A model generated the notes under the pieces. That model searched no databases, was not told where the DNA came from, and saw nothing but the letters and a program-made list of their open reading frames with translations. A stretch of DNA of 64,000 nucleotides from contig JBIOWP010000105.1 in NCBI GenBank assembly GCA_044868695.1, forward strand, positions 31,740 to 95,739, written 5' to 3'. The stretch comes from a bacterium. Lineage in GTDB: Bacteria; Sysuimicrobiota; Sysuimicrobiia; Sysuimicrobiales; Kaftiobacteriaceae. Below, one piece after another: positions 28,140-36,533 of the stretch (positions are counted from its first letter, which is position 1; each line of letters starts with the position of its first letter). The position numbers and the translations under genes were made by a program.

Positions 28140-28610
28140 ATGAGAGACCAGACGACGCGACGGGTGTTGGTGGCAACTGATCTTTCCGACCAATCACCCG
28201 CGCTGATAGCCGCGGGAGCGGATGCCGCCCAGAAACTTGGCGCGGAGGTGATTGTTCTGCACGTGTTCGATCCGGAAACCTACGAGAGGATTTTCGGTGA
28301 GACCGGAATGCCGGTTGACCAGTACACCGGCTACCTTCGGGCAGAGCTGCAGGATCAGCTCAAGGCCGCAGGGGTGGGAACCGCGCGGCTGGAGATCATC
28401 GAGGGCCGCTCTATCGCATTGGCCATCCTCTCCACCGCAGCCCGCATGCGTGCCGACCTCATTGTGATCGGGATGCGCAGGGGGAAGGGGCTGGGCCGGA
28501 CGCTGGGAGGCGGGATAGCCGAGGAGGTGCTCCGCCGCGCCCGCACGGGCGTCCTCGTCATGCCCCGAGCCGCGCTGGACGTGATGGAGCCGGTCGCGGT
28601 GGCGTCCTGA
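28140..28610 (+). CDS. Universal stress protein
   Basis: RVLVATDLS, VLHV, ADLIVIG..G..L...GGIAEEVLRRA...VLV; ggagg RBS. Confidence 0.88.
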   Translation: MRDQTTRRVLVATDLSDQSPALIAAGADAAQKLGAEVIVLHVFDPETYERIFGETGMPVDQYTGYLRAELQDQLKAAGVGTARLEIIEGRSIALAILSTAARMRADLIVIGMRRGKGLGRTLGGGIAEEVLRRARTGVLVMPRAALDVMEPVAVAS

Positions 28611-28659
28611 GAGGGAAGCGGGTGCTGGGAGCTGACGTTGTTAAGGGTGGGAGGGGTCA

Positions 28660-29328
28660 GTGAGGATAACAGAGCTGGCAGGACATCTTGAGCATGCTGT
28701 GTTGAGCCCGCAGGCGAGTGTGACCGATGTCGAAGAAGGGGCGCGCATCGCGCTGCGCTGGGGGGTCCGGGCGCTGGTGGTCAAACCCTGTCATCTGCAG
28801 GTGGCCGTACGCCTGCTGGCCGGCAGCGGCGTGAAGGTCGTGACGGTCATCGGATTCCCTCATGGAGGGCAAACGACGGAGACCAAGGTGCTTGAGACGC
28901 GGCAGGCCGTTGCGGGGGGCGCGGAGGAAGTCGACATGGTGATCAACCTCGGCGCGCTGCGGCAGGGACAGACGGCGGCGGTGTTCTATGAGATCCGGGC
29001 CGTTGTGGAAGCTGCGGCCGGACGGCCGGTCAAAGTGATTCTTGAGAACGCCTACCTCACCGACACGCAGAAGCGGCTGGCCTGCCGGCTCGCGGCACAC
29101 GCCGGCGCTGCCTACGTGAAGACGAGCACCGGATTTGCACCCCGCGGGGCGACGGCGGCGGACGTCGCGCTCATGCGGCGCACCGGTCGCCGCGCGGTGG
29201 GCGTGAAAGCAGCTGGCGGCATCCGGACGTACGCGGACGCCATCGCGCTGCTTCAGGCCGGCGCCGACCTGCTGGGTACCAGCGCCACCGACGCGATCCT
29301 CAGTGAGGCCGTTGGTGAGGCCGCCTGA
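28660..29328 (+). CDS. deoC: Deoxyribose-phosphate aldolase
   Basis: TVIGFPHG, GAEEVDMVIN, VKVILE, YVKTSTGF, VKAAGGIR, LGTS. Confidence 0.94.
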   Translation: MRITELAGHLEHAVLSPQASVTDVEEGARIALRWGVRALVVKPCHLQVAVRLLAGSGVKVVTVIGFPHGGQTTETKVLETRQAVAGGAEEVDMVINLGALRQGQTAAVFYEIRAVVEAAAGRPVKVILENAYLTDTQKRLACRLAAHAGAAYVKTSTGFAPRGATAADVALMRRTGRRAVGVKAAGGIRTYADAIALLQAGADLLGTSATDAILSEAVGEAA

Positions 29329-29335
29329 TAACTGA

Positions 29336-29375
29336 AACTGCGGGACCAGGGATCGGGGACCCGGGACCAGAGACC
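29336..29375. repeat. Heptamer array (nGGGACC)n, same family as 2048-2171
   Basis: aactg-cgggacc agggatc ggggacc cgggacc agagacc; the flank matches the reverse complement of 2152-2171. Confidence 0.75.
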
Positions 29376-29396
29376 GCACAACGGCCGAGGAGGCGC

Positions 29397-30509
29397 ATGG
29401 TCGACATACGTGAAATCGACGAACTCGCGAAGTCCGGCCGGCAGGACGTCCTCTCCGTATCGCTGGACGTCGATCTGACCAAGCCTGACCACCAGCGGGC
29501 CAACCCCGCCTACCGGATCTGGCTGCGCGGGGCGCTCATGGACATTCTCGAGCAGGTGTCCAGAGAGCGCCGCGCCGACGTGGGTGAGTTGATCGATCGG
29601 ATTCTGACCAGAGTCGACGATCACCGCCACGGACGCGGCCTTGCGATTTTCGCAGCACCGGATCTCTGGCGCGAATACGTCCTGCCCGTTCCGCTGCCCA
29701 ACCGGGTTCATTATGGGCAGCCGGATCTCTTTCCGCTGCTGTGGGCGCTGGACGAGTACGAACCCTACGCCGTTCTTGCGGTTGACCGCGGGCAGGCACG
29801 GCTTCTCGTCATGCATCTGGGACAGACGGATGTGGTCGACCAGGATGTGCTGGTTCTGGAGACCGGCGACTGGCGCAAGACTTCGGGCCGGTCCCCAACC
29901 TACACAAAGCGGACGGGAACTGGGGCAACCCGCGGCGCTCAGCGAGACGTCTTCGATGCCCGAGTAGACGAGCAGGAACGCCGCTTTTGGCGCAGCGCTG
30001 CGGCGACGGCCCGCCGGACCATGCAGGACCTGGGGATCAGCCGCCTGATCATCGCAGGCCCGCCTGAGACCACCGCGGCTGTTGCCGGCCTCCTCGAGCA
30101 CGCTGGTCCGGTCCAGGTCGTGGCGGTGGTACCCGCGCCGCCATCGGCCAGTATCCCCCAGCTTAGAGAGCTGACGCTTCAGGCGGCGCTGGCAGAGGAG
30201 CACCGACGCGAGCAAAGTCTTGTGGCGGCGCTGATGGAGCGGCTGGGAAGCCCGGCGGGAGCAGTTGTGGGTCTGACGGCCACGCTCGAGGCGCTGACGA
30301 GAGGGCAGGCGCAGGTGGTGATCGTGGATCCCGGTCACCAGGCAGTCCGCGCGCAGATACTCTCAGAGCTGCCGCTGCTGGCCCGCCGGCATGGCGCCGC
30401 GCTAGAGATGGTCAGTGGCGAGGCAGCACGGCGGCTTGCGCCCCACGAAGGCGTCGGGGCCATCCTTCGGTACACCACAACAGCAGAACCAGCGGGGAGT
30501 AGGAACTAG
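29397..30509 (+). CDS. Bacterial aeRF1-like (baeRF/Balon-type) protein
   Basis: VLSVSLDVD, GRGLAIFA, LPVPLPNRV..G.P.L.PL, AVDR..ARL, LIIAGP, AVVGL.ATLEAL..G, GA.LE.V, GVGAILRY. Confidence 0.8.
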   Translation: MVDIREIDELAKSGRQDVLSVSLDVDLTKPDHQRANPAYRIWLRGALMDILEQVSRERRADVGELIDRILTRVDDHRHGRGLAIFAAPDLWREYVLPVPLPNRVHYGQPDLFPLLWALDEYEPYAVLAVDRGQARLLVMHLGQTDVVDQDVLVLETGDWRKTSGRSPTYTKRTGTGATRGAQRDVFDARVDEQERRFWRSAAATARRTMQDLGISRLIIAGPPETTAAVAGLLEHAGPVQVVAVVPAPPSASIPQLRELTLQAALAEEHRREQSLVAALMERLGSPAGAVVGLTATLEALTRGQAQVVIVDPGHQAVRAQILSELPLLARRHGAALEMVSGEAARRLAPHEGVGAILRYTTTAEPAGSRN

Positions 30510-30550
30510 AACCAACGCCGCCGCATCGAACACACCGTGGGGAGATCGTG

Positions 30551-31540
30551 ATGCTCCGGCTGGGACTTGCGGGCGACGTGATGCTGGGCCGGCTGGTGGA
30601 TCGGTATGTGCTGGCCGATCCGGCGCGTGGTCCGGGATTTGTCTGGGGCGACACGCTGTCGCTCTGGGCTCAGATGGACCTGCGGATGGTGAACCTGGAA
30701 TGCGTGATCGCCGCCACGGGGGAGCCCTGGATCCCCAAAGCATTCCAGTTCCGCGCACGCCCCGGCGCGGTGGACGTCCTGCGCTCAGCCGGGATCCATC
30801 TGGTCAGCGTGGCAAACAACCACGTTCTCGACTACGGTTACGATGCGCTGCGGGCGTGTCTATCGTTGCTGGGGCACACCTCGATCCGATCCGCCGGCGC
30901 AGGACTGACTCTGCACGAGGCCGCGGCTCCGACCACGGTGTCCGTGGATCGGTGCTCGGTGGCGGTCATCGGCCTCGCCGACGGCGAGCCGGAATGGGAA
31001 GCGGCGCCTGACCGGCCAGGGATCAACTATGTGCGCTGCGATCACACCGGACTGCACGCGCCGTACCGGCAACGGGTGGAGGATGCGCTGGCCCGCGCCC
31101 GCGATGCGGCCCCGTTCGTGATCGTCAGCGCCCACGTGGGGCCGAACTGGGGACCGCCGACTCCTCACATGCGGGCCCTGGCGCATGAAGTCATCGACCT
31201 GGGCGCCGACCTCTACTGGGGGCATTCCAACCATACGGTGCAGGGCATCGAGATCTATCGGGGCCGACCGATCCTGTACGCGTCTGGAGACTTCGTCGAC
31301 GACTATGCGGTGGACCCGCAGCGGCGCAACGATCTGTCGTGTTTCTTTGACCTCGCCGTCGACACCGGCCGGGTGACGTGCATCCGGCTGCACCCCGTGC
31401 GGATCGCCCGATGCCAGGTCAACCTCGCCGCCGGGGAGGACCTGCGCTGGCTGCACGGCTGGCTTCGCGAGCGCATGGCCGAGTGCGGAACGACGCTCGG
31501 GTTCGACGGCGGTGTCGGCGTTGTCAACATCGCCGATTGA
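30551..31540 (+). CDS. CapA/PgsA-family metallophosphoesterase
   Basis: GDVMLGR, NLE, ANNHVLDYG, H.G, GHSNH, YASGDF. Confidence 0.88.
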   Translation: MLRLGLAGDVMLGRLVDRYVLADPARGPGFVWGDTLSLWAQMDLRMVNLECVIAATGEPWIPKAFQFRARPGAVDVLRSAGIHLVSVANNHVLDYGYDALRACLSLLGHTSIRSAGAGLTLHEAAAPTTVSVDRCSVAVIGLADGEPEWEAAPDRPGINYVRCDHTGLHAPYRQRVEDALARARDAAPFVIVSAHVGPNWGPPTPHMRALAHEVIDLGADLYWGHSNHTVQGIEIYRGRPILYASGDFVDDYAVDPQRRNDLSCFFDLAVDTGRVTCIRLHPVRIARCQVNLAAGEDLRWLHGWLRERMAECGTTLGFDGGVGVVNIAD

Positions 31541-31561
31541 AGTGTCCTGGGGAGGGGCGCT

Positions 31562-31957
31562 ATGAAGAAGAGTGGGATTTTGAACGCCGAATTGATGCGC
31601 GTGATCGCGTCCATGGGGCACACCGATTTGTTGGTAATCGCCGACAGCGGCCTCCCGATTCCCCCGTCCGTTCCCAGGATTGACCTGGCGCTCACCGCCG
31701 GTGTCCCGTCGTTCATGCAGGCGCTGCAGGCGGTGCTTGCCGAGTTGCAGGTGGAGGCCGCGACCATCGCCCAGGAGATGCGCCAGCGCAGCCCGAGTTT
31801 CTTTCAGGCGGTGCAGCAGGCGCTGGGAGCGATTCCGGTGACGCAGGTGTCCCACGAGCAGTTGAAGACGATGCTCCCGCGGGTCCGGGCCGTCGTCCGC
31901 ACCGGCGAACAAACGCCGTACGCCAACATCATCGTGCAGAGCGGTGTGACCTTTTGA
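31562..31957 (+). CDS. rbsD: D-ribose pyranase
   Basis: MKKSGILN, MGHTD...IADSGLPIP, VRTGE.TPYANII..GV.F. Confidence 0.95.
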   Translation: MKKSGILNAELMRVIASMGHTDLLVIADSGLPIPPSVPRIDLALTAGVPSFMQALQAVLAELQVEAATIAQEMRQRSPSFFQAVQQALGAIPVTQVSHEQLKTMLPRVRAVVRTGEQTPYANIIVQSGVTF

Positions 31958-31979
31958 ACAACGCGAACCGGAATCGTCC

Positions 31980-33476
31980 ATGAACGTTCCTCTCCTGGAG
32001 ATGACACGTATCACCAAGTCCTTCCCCGGTGTACGCGCGCTGCATGAGGTCTCCCTGGACGTGCGGGCCGGCGAGGTCCACGCGCTGGTGGGGGAGAATG
32101 GGGCCGGCAAGTCCACCCTCATGCGCATCCTCGGCGGCGTCTACCAGCGCGACGCCGGCGAGATTCTGTTGCGCGGGCGGTCGGTGGAGATTCGTTCGCC
32201 GCTGGAAGCCCGGACGCATGGGATCAGCATCATCCACCAGGAGCTCAATCAGGTTCCCACCCTGTCGGTGTCCGAGAACATCTTCTTGGGACGCGAGCCG
32301 CAGCGGGTCTTTGGACTGGTGGACCGGGAGGGGATGCACGCGCGCGCGGGCCGCCTGCTGCAGGACCTGGGGCTGCCGATCGACCCCCGGCGGCGCCTCG
32401 GCACGCTGGCCGTGGCGGAGCAGCAACTGGTCGAAATCGCGAAGGCCCTGTCCGTCGAGGCCGAGCTGGTGATCATGGACGAACCGACGGCAGCGCTGAC
32501 CGTTGAGGAAACCCATCGGCTGTTCCAGTTCATCCGAGACCTGCGGGCGAGGAATGTGGGGGTGATCTATATCACCCACCGGCTCGAGGAAATCTTCACC
32601 ATCGCGGACCGGGTCACCGTCCTCCGCGATGGCCAGCTCGCCGGGACGTATGCCGTCTCGGCGCTCACAATGGATGAGCTCATCCGGCTCATGGTGGGGC
32701 GCCGCCTCACCGAGAAGTTTCCCAAGGAGGCGGTGCCGCAGGGAGCGCCGGTGCTGGAGGTGCGGGGCCTGACGGCGCGGGGGTATTTTGACGACGTCAC
32801 TTTCGTCGTCCATCACGGGGAGATTCTCGGCATCGCCGGATTGATCGGCTCCGGAAAGACCGAAGTGGCGCATGCGGTGTTTGGCGCGATCCCGCGCGAT
32901 CGCGGCGACATCTCCCTGGACGGGCAGCGGGTGGAGATCCGCTCGCCGGCCGACGCTATCGCCCACGGCATCGGCCTGGTGACCGAGGATCGCAAGCGGC
33001 TGGGGCTGGTGCTGCAGATGAGCGTGCGGGCCAACATCACGCTGCCGATGGTCCGGGCGCTGGGACGCGCGCTGCTCATCCGCCGGTCCGAGGAGTCGGA
33101 CCTCGTCGCCTCGGCCATTCGCGAACTCGACATGGCGGTGACGTCGCCGGAACAGCTCGTCCGCAGCCTCAGCGGGGGCACCCAGCAGAAGGTGGTCGTG
33201 GCTAAGTGGCTGGAAACGCATGCGCGTGTGCTGCTGCTGGCCGAGCCGACGCGGGGGATCGACGTAGGCGCCAAAGTCGAGATGTACCGGCTGATGATGG
33301 TCCTGGCCCGGCGCGGGGTTGGCATTGTCATGATCTCCTCCGAGATGCCGGAAATTCTTGGCATGAGCGACCGCATCCTGGTCATGCACGAAGGGCGGAT
33401 TACGGCCGAGTTTCCGCGGGAGTCCGCCACCCAGGAAGCGATTCTGGCCTCGGCGACCGGAAGGGTACACCGGTGA
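31980..33476 (+). CDS. rbsA: Ribose ABC transporter ATP-binding protein (two NBDs)
   Basis: GENGAGKST, MDEPT, EDRKRLGL, LSGGTQQKV, EPTRGIDVGAK. Confidence 0.92.
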   Translation: MNVPLLEMTRITKSFPGVRALHEVSLDVRAGEVHALVGENGAGKSTLMRILGGVYQRDAGEILLRGRSVEIRSPLEARTHGISIIHQELNQVPTLSVSENIFLGREPQRVFGLVDREGMHARAGRLLQDLGLPIDPRRRLGTLAVAEQQLVEIAKALSVEAELVIMDEPTAALTVEETHRLFQFIRDLRARNVGVIYITHRLEEIFTIADRVTVLRDGQLAGTYAVSALTMDELIRLMVGRRLTEKFPKEAVPQGAPVLEVRGLTARGYFDDVTFVVHHGEILGIAGLIGSGKTEVAHAVFGAIPRDRGDISLDGQRVEIRSPADAIAHGIGLVTEDRKRLGLVLQMSVRANITLPMVRALGRALLIRRSEESDLVASAIRELDMAVTSPEQLVRSLSGGTQQKVVVAKWLETHARVLLLAEPTRGIDVGAKVEMYRLMMVLARRGVGIVMISSEMPEILGMSDRILVMHEGRITAEFPRESATQEAILASATGRVHR

Positions 33477-34423
33477 TGGCGCAGGCGCGCCTCCAGCTCG
33501 GCGCCGCCGCCACGCTGGTGCGCCGGTTCGGCATCGTCATCGCGTTTGCGGTGCTCATGGCGATCCTCTCGCTGCTGTCGCCGTCCTTTCTGACCGTCTC
33601 CAATCTCCTCAACATCGCGCGGCAGGTCTCGATCAACGCCATCCTGGCCGCTGGGATGACCTTCGTGATTCTCACCGCGGGCATCGATCTCAGCGTCGGG
33701 TCGGTGCTCGCCTGCTCCGGAGCCGTCATGGCCGGACTCCTCGCCGGCGGGACACCGCTGGTGGCGGGTATCGGCGCAGGCCTGATCCTGGGCACGCTGC
33801 TGGGGTTGGTCAACGGCGCCGTCGTGACCAGGGGGAAAGTTCAGCCGTTCATCGCTACGCTCGCGATGCTGACCATCGCTCGGGGAGCCACGCTGGTCTA
33901 TACAGACGGGCGCCCGATTACCGGCCTCCCCGACGCCTTCGTCTGGCTGGGGGCCGGGGACGTCGGCCGGATCCCCGTTCCCGTCATCATCATGGCAGTG
34001 GTGTTTCTGGTCGCTCACTTGATCCTCTCCCGCACGGTGCTGGGGCGATACGTGTACGCGATCGGCGGCAATGAGGAAGCCGCCAGGCTGTCGGGGGTCA
34101 ATGTGATCCGGGTCAAGACCCTCGTGTACGCGATCAGCGGGCTGCTCGCGGCGGTCAGCGGCGTGGTCCTCACCGCCCGGCTGAACTCCGCCCAGCCCAC
34201 CGCCGGCTCTGGGTATGAACTCGATGCCATCGCCGCGGTAGTGTTGGGCGGCACGACGCTGGCCGGCGGCGAAGGCAGCATCGGCGGCACGCTGCTGGGC
34301 GCCTTCATCATCGGAGTGATCAACAATGGTCTCAATCTCCTCAACGTCAACCCGTTCTACCAGCAGGTGGTCAAGGGAGCGGTCATTCTGCTGGCGGTGC
34401 TGCTGGATCGCCGTCTGAGGTAG
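33476..34423 (+). CDS. rbsC: Ribose ABC transporter permease
   Basis: GMTFVILTAGIDLSVGS, PFIATL, YAIGGNEEAARLSG, YELDAIAAVVLGGT. Confidence 0.92.
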   Translation: MAQARLQLGAAATLVRRFGIVIAFAVLMAILSLLSPSFLTVSNLLNIARQVSINAILAAGMTFVILTAGIDLSVGSVLACSGAVMAGLLAGGTPLVAGIGAGLILGTLLGLVNGAVVTRGKVQPFIATLAMLTIARGATLVYTDGRPITGLPDAFVWLGAGDVGRIPVPVIIMAVVFLVAHLILSRTVLGRYVYAIGGNEEAARLSGVNVIRVKTLVYAISGLLAAVSGVVLTARLNSAQPTAGSGYELDAIAAVVLGGTTLAGGEGSIGGTLLGAFIIGVINNGLNLLNVNPFYQQVVKGAVILLAVLLDRRLR

Positions 34424-34483
34424 GCCTGGCACGGCATCGGCAGGAGGCTCGCCGGCCGGGGAGAAGCACGACAGCGCCGCCGA

Positions 34484-34529
34484 ATCGGGCCGCGGCCCGA
34501 TTGTTCCTCTATGGAACCCTCCGTAGGCT
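34484..34529 (+). promoter_or_regulatory. Palindrome-associated internal promoter of rbsB-rbsK
   Basis: Perfect ATCGGG-CCGCGG-CCCGAT, 22 nt, TAGGCT. Confidence 0.65.
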
Positions 34530-34564
34530 GAAAGACGCTGGATACCTTGAAGGAGGGAGAATGT

Positions 34565-35461
34565 ATGCGAAGAGGAGTGTTGGTGGTTGCAGTGCTGCTC
34601 GTGCTGACGGTTCTGCCGCTGTACGCGGCTGCCCCGCCGACGGTAGGCCTGTCGATTTCGACCCTGAACAACCCGTTCTTCGTCGACCTGCGCGACGGGG
34701 CACAGGCGGCGGCCAGGAAAGCGAACGTCACGCTCATCGTCCTGGACGCGCAGAACGACTCGGCGCGCGAAGCGAGCCAGATTGAAGATCTCATTCAGAA
34801 GAAGGCGACCGTGATCGCGATCAACCCTACCGACAGTGACGCGATCGTCCCGACCATCAAGAAGATCAACACCGCGAAGATTCCAGTCATCACTGTCGAC
34901 CGTGGTGCGAACGGCGGAGACGTCGCGGCGCACATCGCATCAGACAACGTCGCGGGCGGCATGATGGCCGCGGAGTACGTCGGCAAGCGGCTGAACGGCA
35001 AAGGCAGCGTCGTGATGCTGGAAGGGATCGCCGGGACGTCCGCGGCACGGGACCGCGGCAAAGGCTTCCGCGACGGACTCAAGAAGTTCCCCGGCATCAT
35101 GCTGGTCGCGGTGCAGACGGCGGATTTTGACCGCGCCAAGGGCCTGACCGTCATGGAAAATATCCTGCAGGCGCAGAAGAAAGTCGATGCCGTGTTTGCG
35201 CAGAACGACGAGATGGCCCTGGGCGCGATCCAGGCCATCCAGGCAGCCAAGCGGCAGCAGGAGACGTTCGTGGTCGGCTTCGACGCGATCGCGGACGCGC
35301 TGGCGGCGGTCAAGAACGGCACGATGGCGGCGACCATCGCGCAGCAGCCCAAGGAGATGGGCCGGCTCGCGGTAGAAGCGGCCGTGAAGATTACGAAGAA
35401 ACAGGCGGTGCCGAAGTTTACACCGGTCCCGCTGAAGCTGGTGACGAAGCAAACGATGTGA
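34565..35461 (+). CDS. rbsB: Ribose ABC transporter substrate-binding protein
   Basis: Signal peptide, STLNNPFFV, NPTDSDA, HIASDNVAGG, ADFDRAKG, FAQNDEMALGA. Confidence 0.93.
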   Translation: MRRGVLVVAVLLVLTVLPLYAAAPPTVGLSISTLNNPFFVDLRDGAQAAARKANVTLIVLDAQNDSAREASQIEDLIQKKATVIAINPTDSDAIVPTIKKINTAKIPVITVDRGANGGDVAAHIASDNVAGGMMAAEYVGKRLNGKGSVVMLEGIAGTSAARDRGKGFRDGLKKFPGIMLVAVQTADFDRAKGLTVMENILQAQKKVDAVFAQNDEMALGAIQAIQAAKRQQETFVVGFDAIADALAAVKNGTMAATIAQQPKEMGRLAVEAAVKITKKQAVPKFTPVPLKLVTKQTM

Positions 35462-35531
35462 CCGTGGAGTCGCTTGCGTCCCCGCATGGGGTCCTCCTGT
35501 GCGGGGACGTTTCGTCTTTGTGAGGTGGGTC

Positions 35532-36473
35532 ATGCCGCGGGTGGCAGTGGTCGGAAGCCTCAACATGGACCTGGTCGTCAGGGCGCCCAAACTTCCTGAG
35601 CCGGGGGAGACGGTGCTGGGCGGAACGTTTGCGACGTTTCCGGGCGGGAAGGGCGCCAACCAAGCGGTCGCCGGGGCGCGGCTCGGGGCATCGGTGGCGA
35701 TGGTGGGGAGGATCGGCGATGATGCGTTCGGGCGGCAACTGCGTGACGGACTGGCCAGGGAGGGCATCGACCTGTCGCACCTGCGGACGGATGCGAGCGC
35801 CGCCACGGGTGTGGCCCTGATCACCGTCGACGCGGCGGGCCGCAACACCGTGATGGTGGCATCCGGCGCCAACATGCGTCTGACGACTGGGGACGTGGAC
35901 GCGGCCCGCGAGCTCCTCGCCTCGAGCGAGGTGCTCCTGCTGCAACTGGAGGTGCCCGTCGATGTCGTGGTGCACGCCGCGAGGATGGCTGCCGCATTCG
36001 GCTGCCGTGTGGTCCTCGATCCTGCGCCCGCGCCCTCGCAGCCATTGCCGGACGAGCTCTATCGCGCCGTCGCCGTGCTCAATCCCAACGAAGTTGAGGC
36101 CAAGGCGCTCACCGGAGTCGCCGTCTCGAGTGACGCCGAGGCGCGCCTCGCGGCAGAGACGCTGCTGGCGCGGGGCTGTGGAGCCGCGGTGATCAAGCTC
36201 GGGGAGCGGGGGGCGTACCTGGCTGGCGGCGGCCGGCACGAGGCCGTACCGGCGCCGCGCGTGCGGGCCGTCGATACGACGGCCGCGGGCGACGCCTTTG
36301 CGGCCGCGATGGGCGTCGCACTGGCAGAGGGGCAAGATCTTCCTGCCGCGGTCCGGTTTGCCAACGCGGTCGGCGCGTTTTCAGTTACCCGCATGGGCGC
36401 TCAGCCGTCGATGCCGACACGCGAGGAATTGCACGAGTTTGCGCGTCTGCAGGGGTTGGAGATCGGCGGATAG
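35532..36473 (+). CDS. rbsK: Ribokinase
   Basis: GSLNMDLV, PGGKGANQAVA, PNEVEA, DTTAAGDAF, GAQPSMP. Confidence 0.95.
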   Translation: MPRVAVVGSLNMDLVVRAPKLPEPGETVLGGTFATFPGGKGANQAVAGARLGASVAMVGRIGDDAFGRQLRDGLAREGIDLSHLRTDASAATGVALITVDAAGRNTVMVASGANMRLTTGDVDAARELLASSEVLLLQLEVPVDVVVHAARMAAAFGCRVVLDPAPAPSQPLPDELYRAVAVLNPNEVEAKALTGVAVSSDAEARLAAETLLARGCGAAVIKLGERGAYLAGGGRHEAVPAPRVRAVDTTAAGDAFAAAMGVALAEGQDLPAAVRFANAVGAFSVTRMGAQPSMPTREELHEFARLQGLEIGG

Positions 36474-36533
36474 TAAGGGGCGCGGCATACCTTGTGGACG
36501 GGGGGTATACTGCCAGGTAGGAAGGGAGAACGC

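Noticed and set aside
30551..31540. Poly-gamma-glutamate capsule locus
   Set aside because: No capB or capC nearby; stand-alone CapA-like phosphoesterases are common
32813..34933. 706-aa minus-strand ORF and similar long antisense ORFs (e.g. 318-1721, 31929-33470)
   Set aside because: They overlap well-supported genes on the opposite strand and have no family signatures
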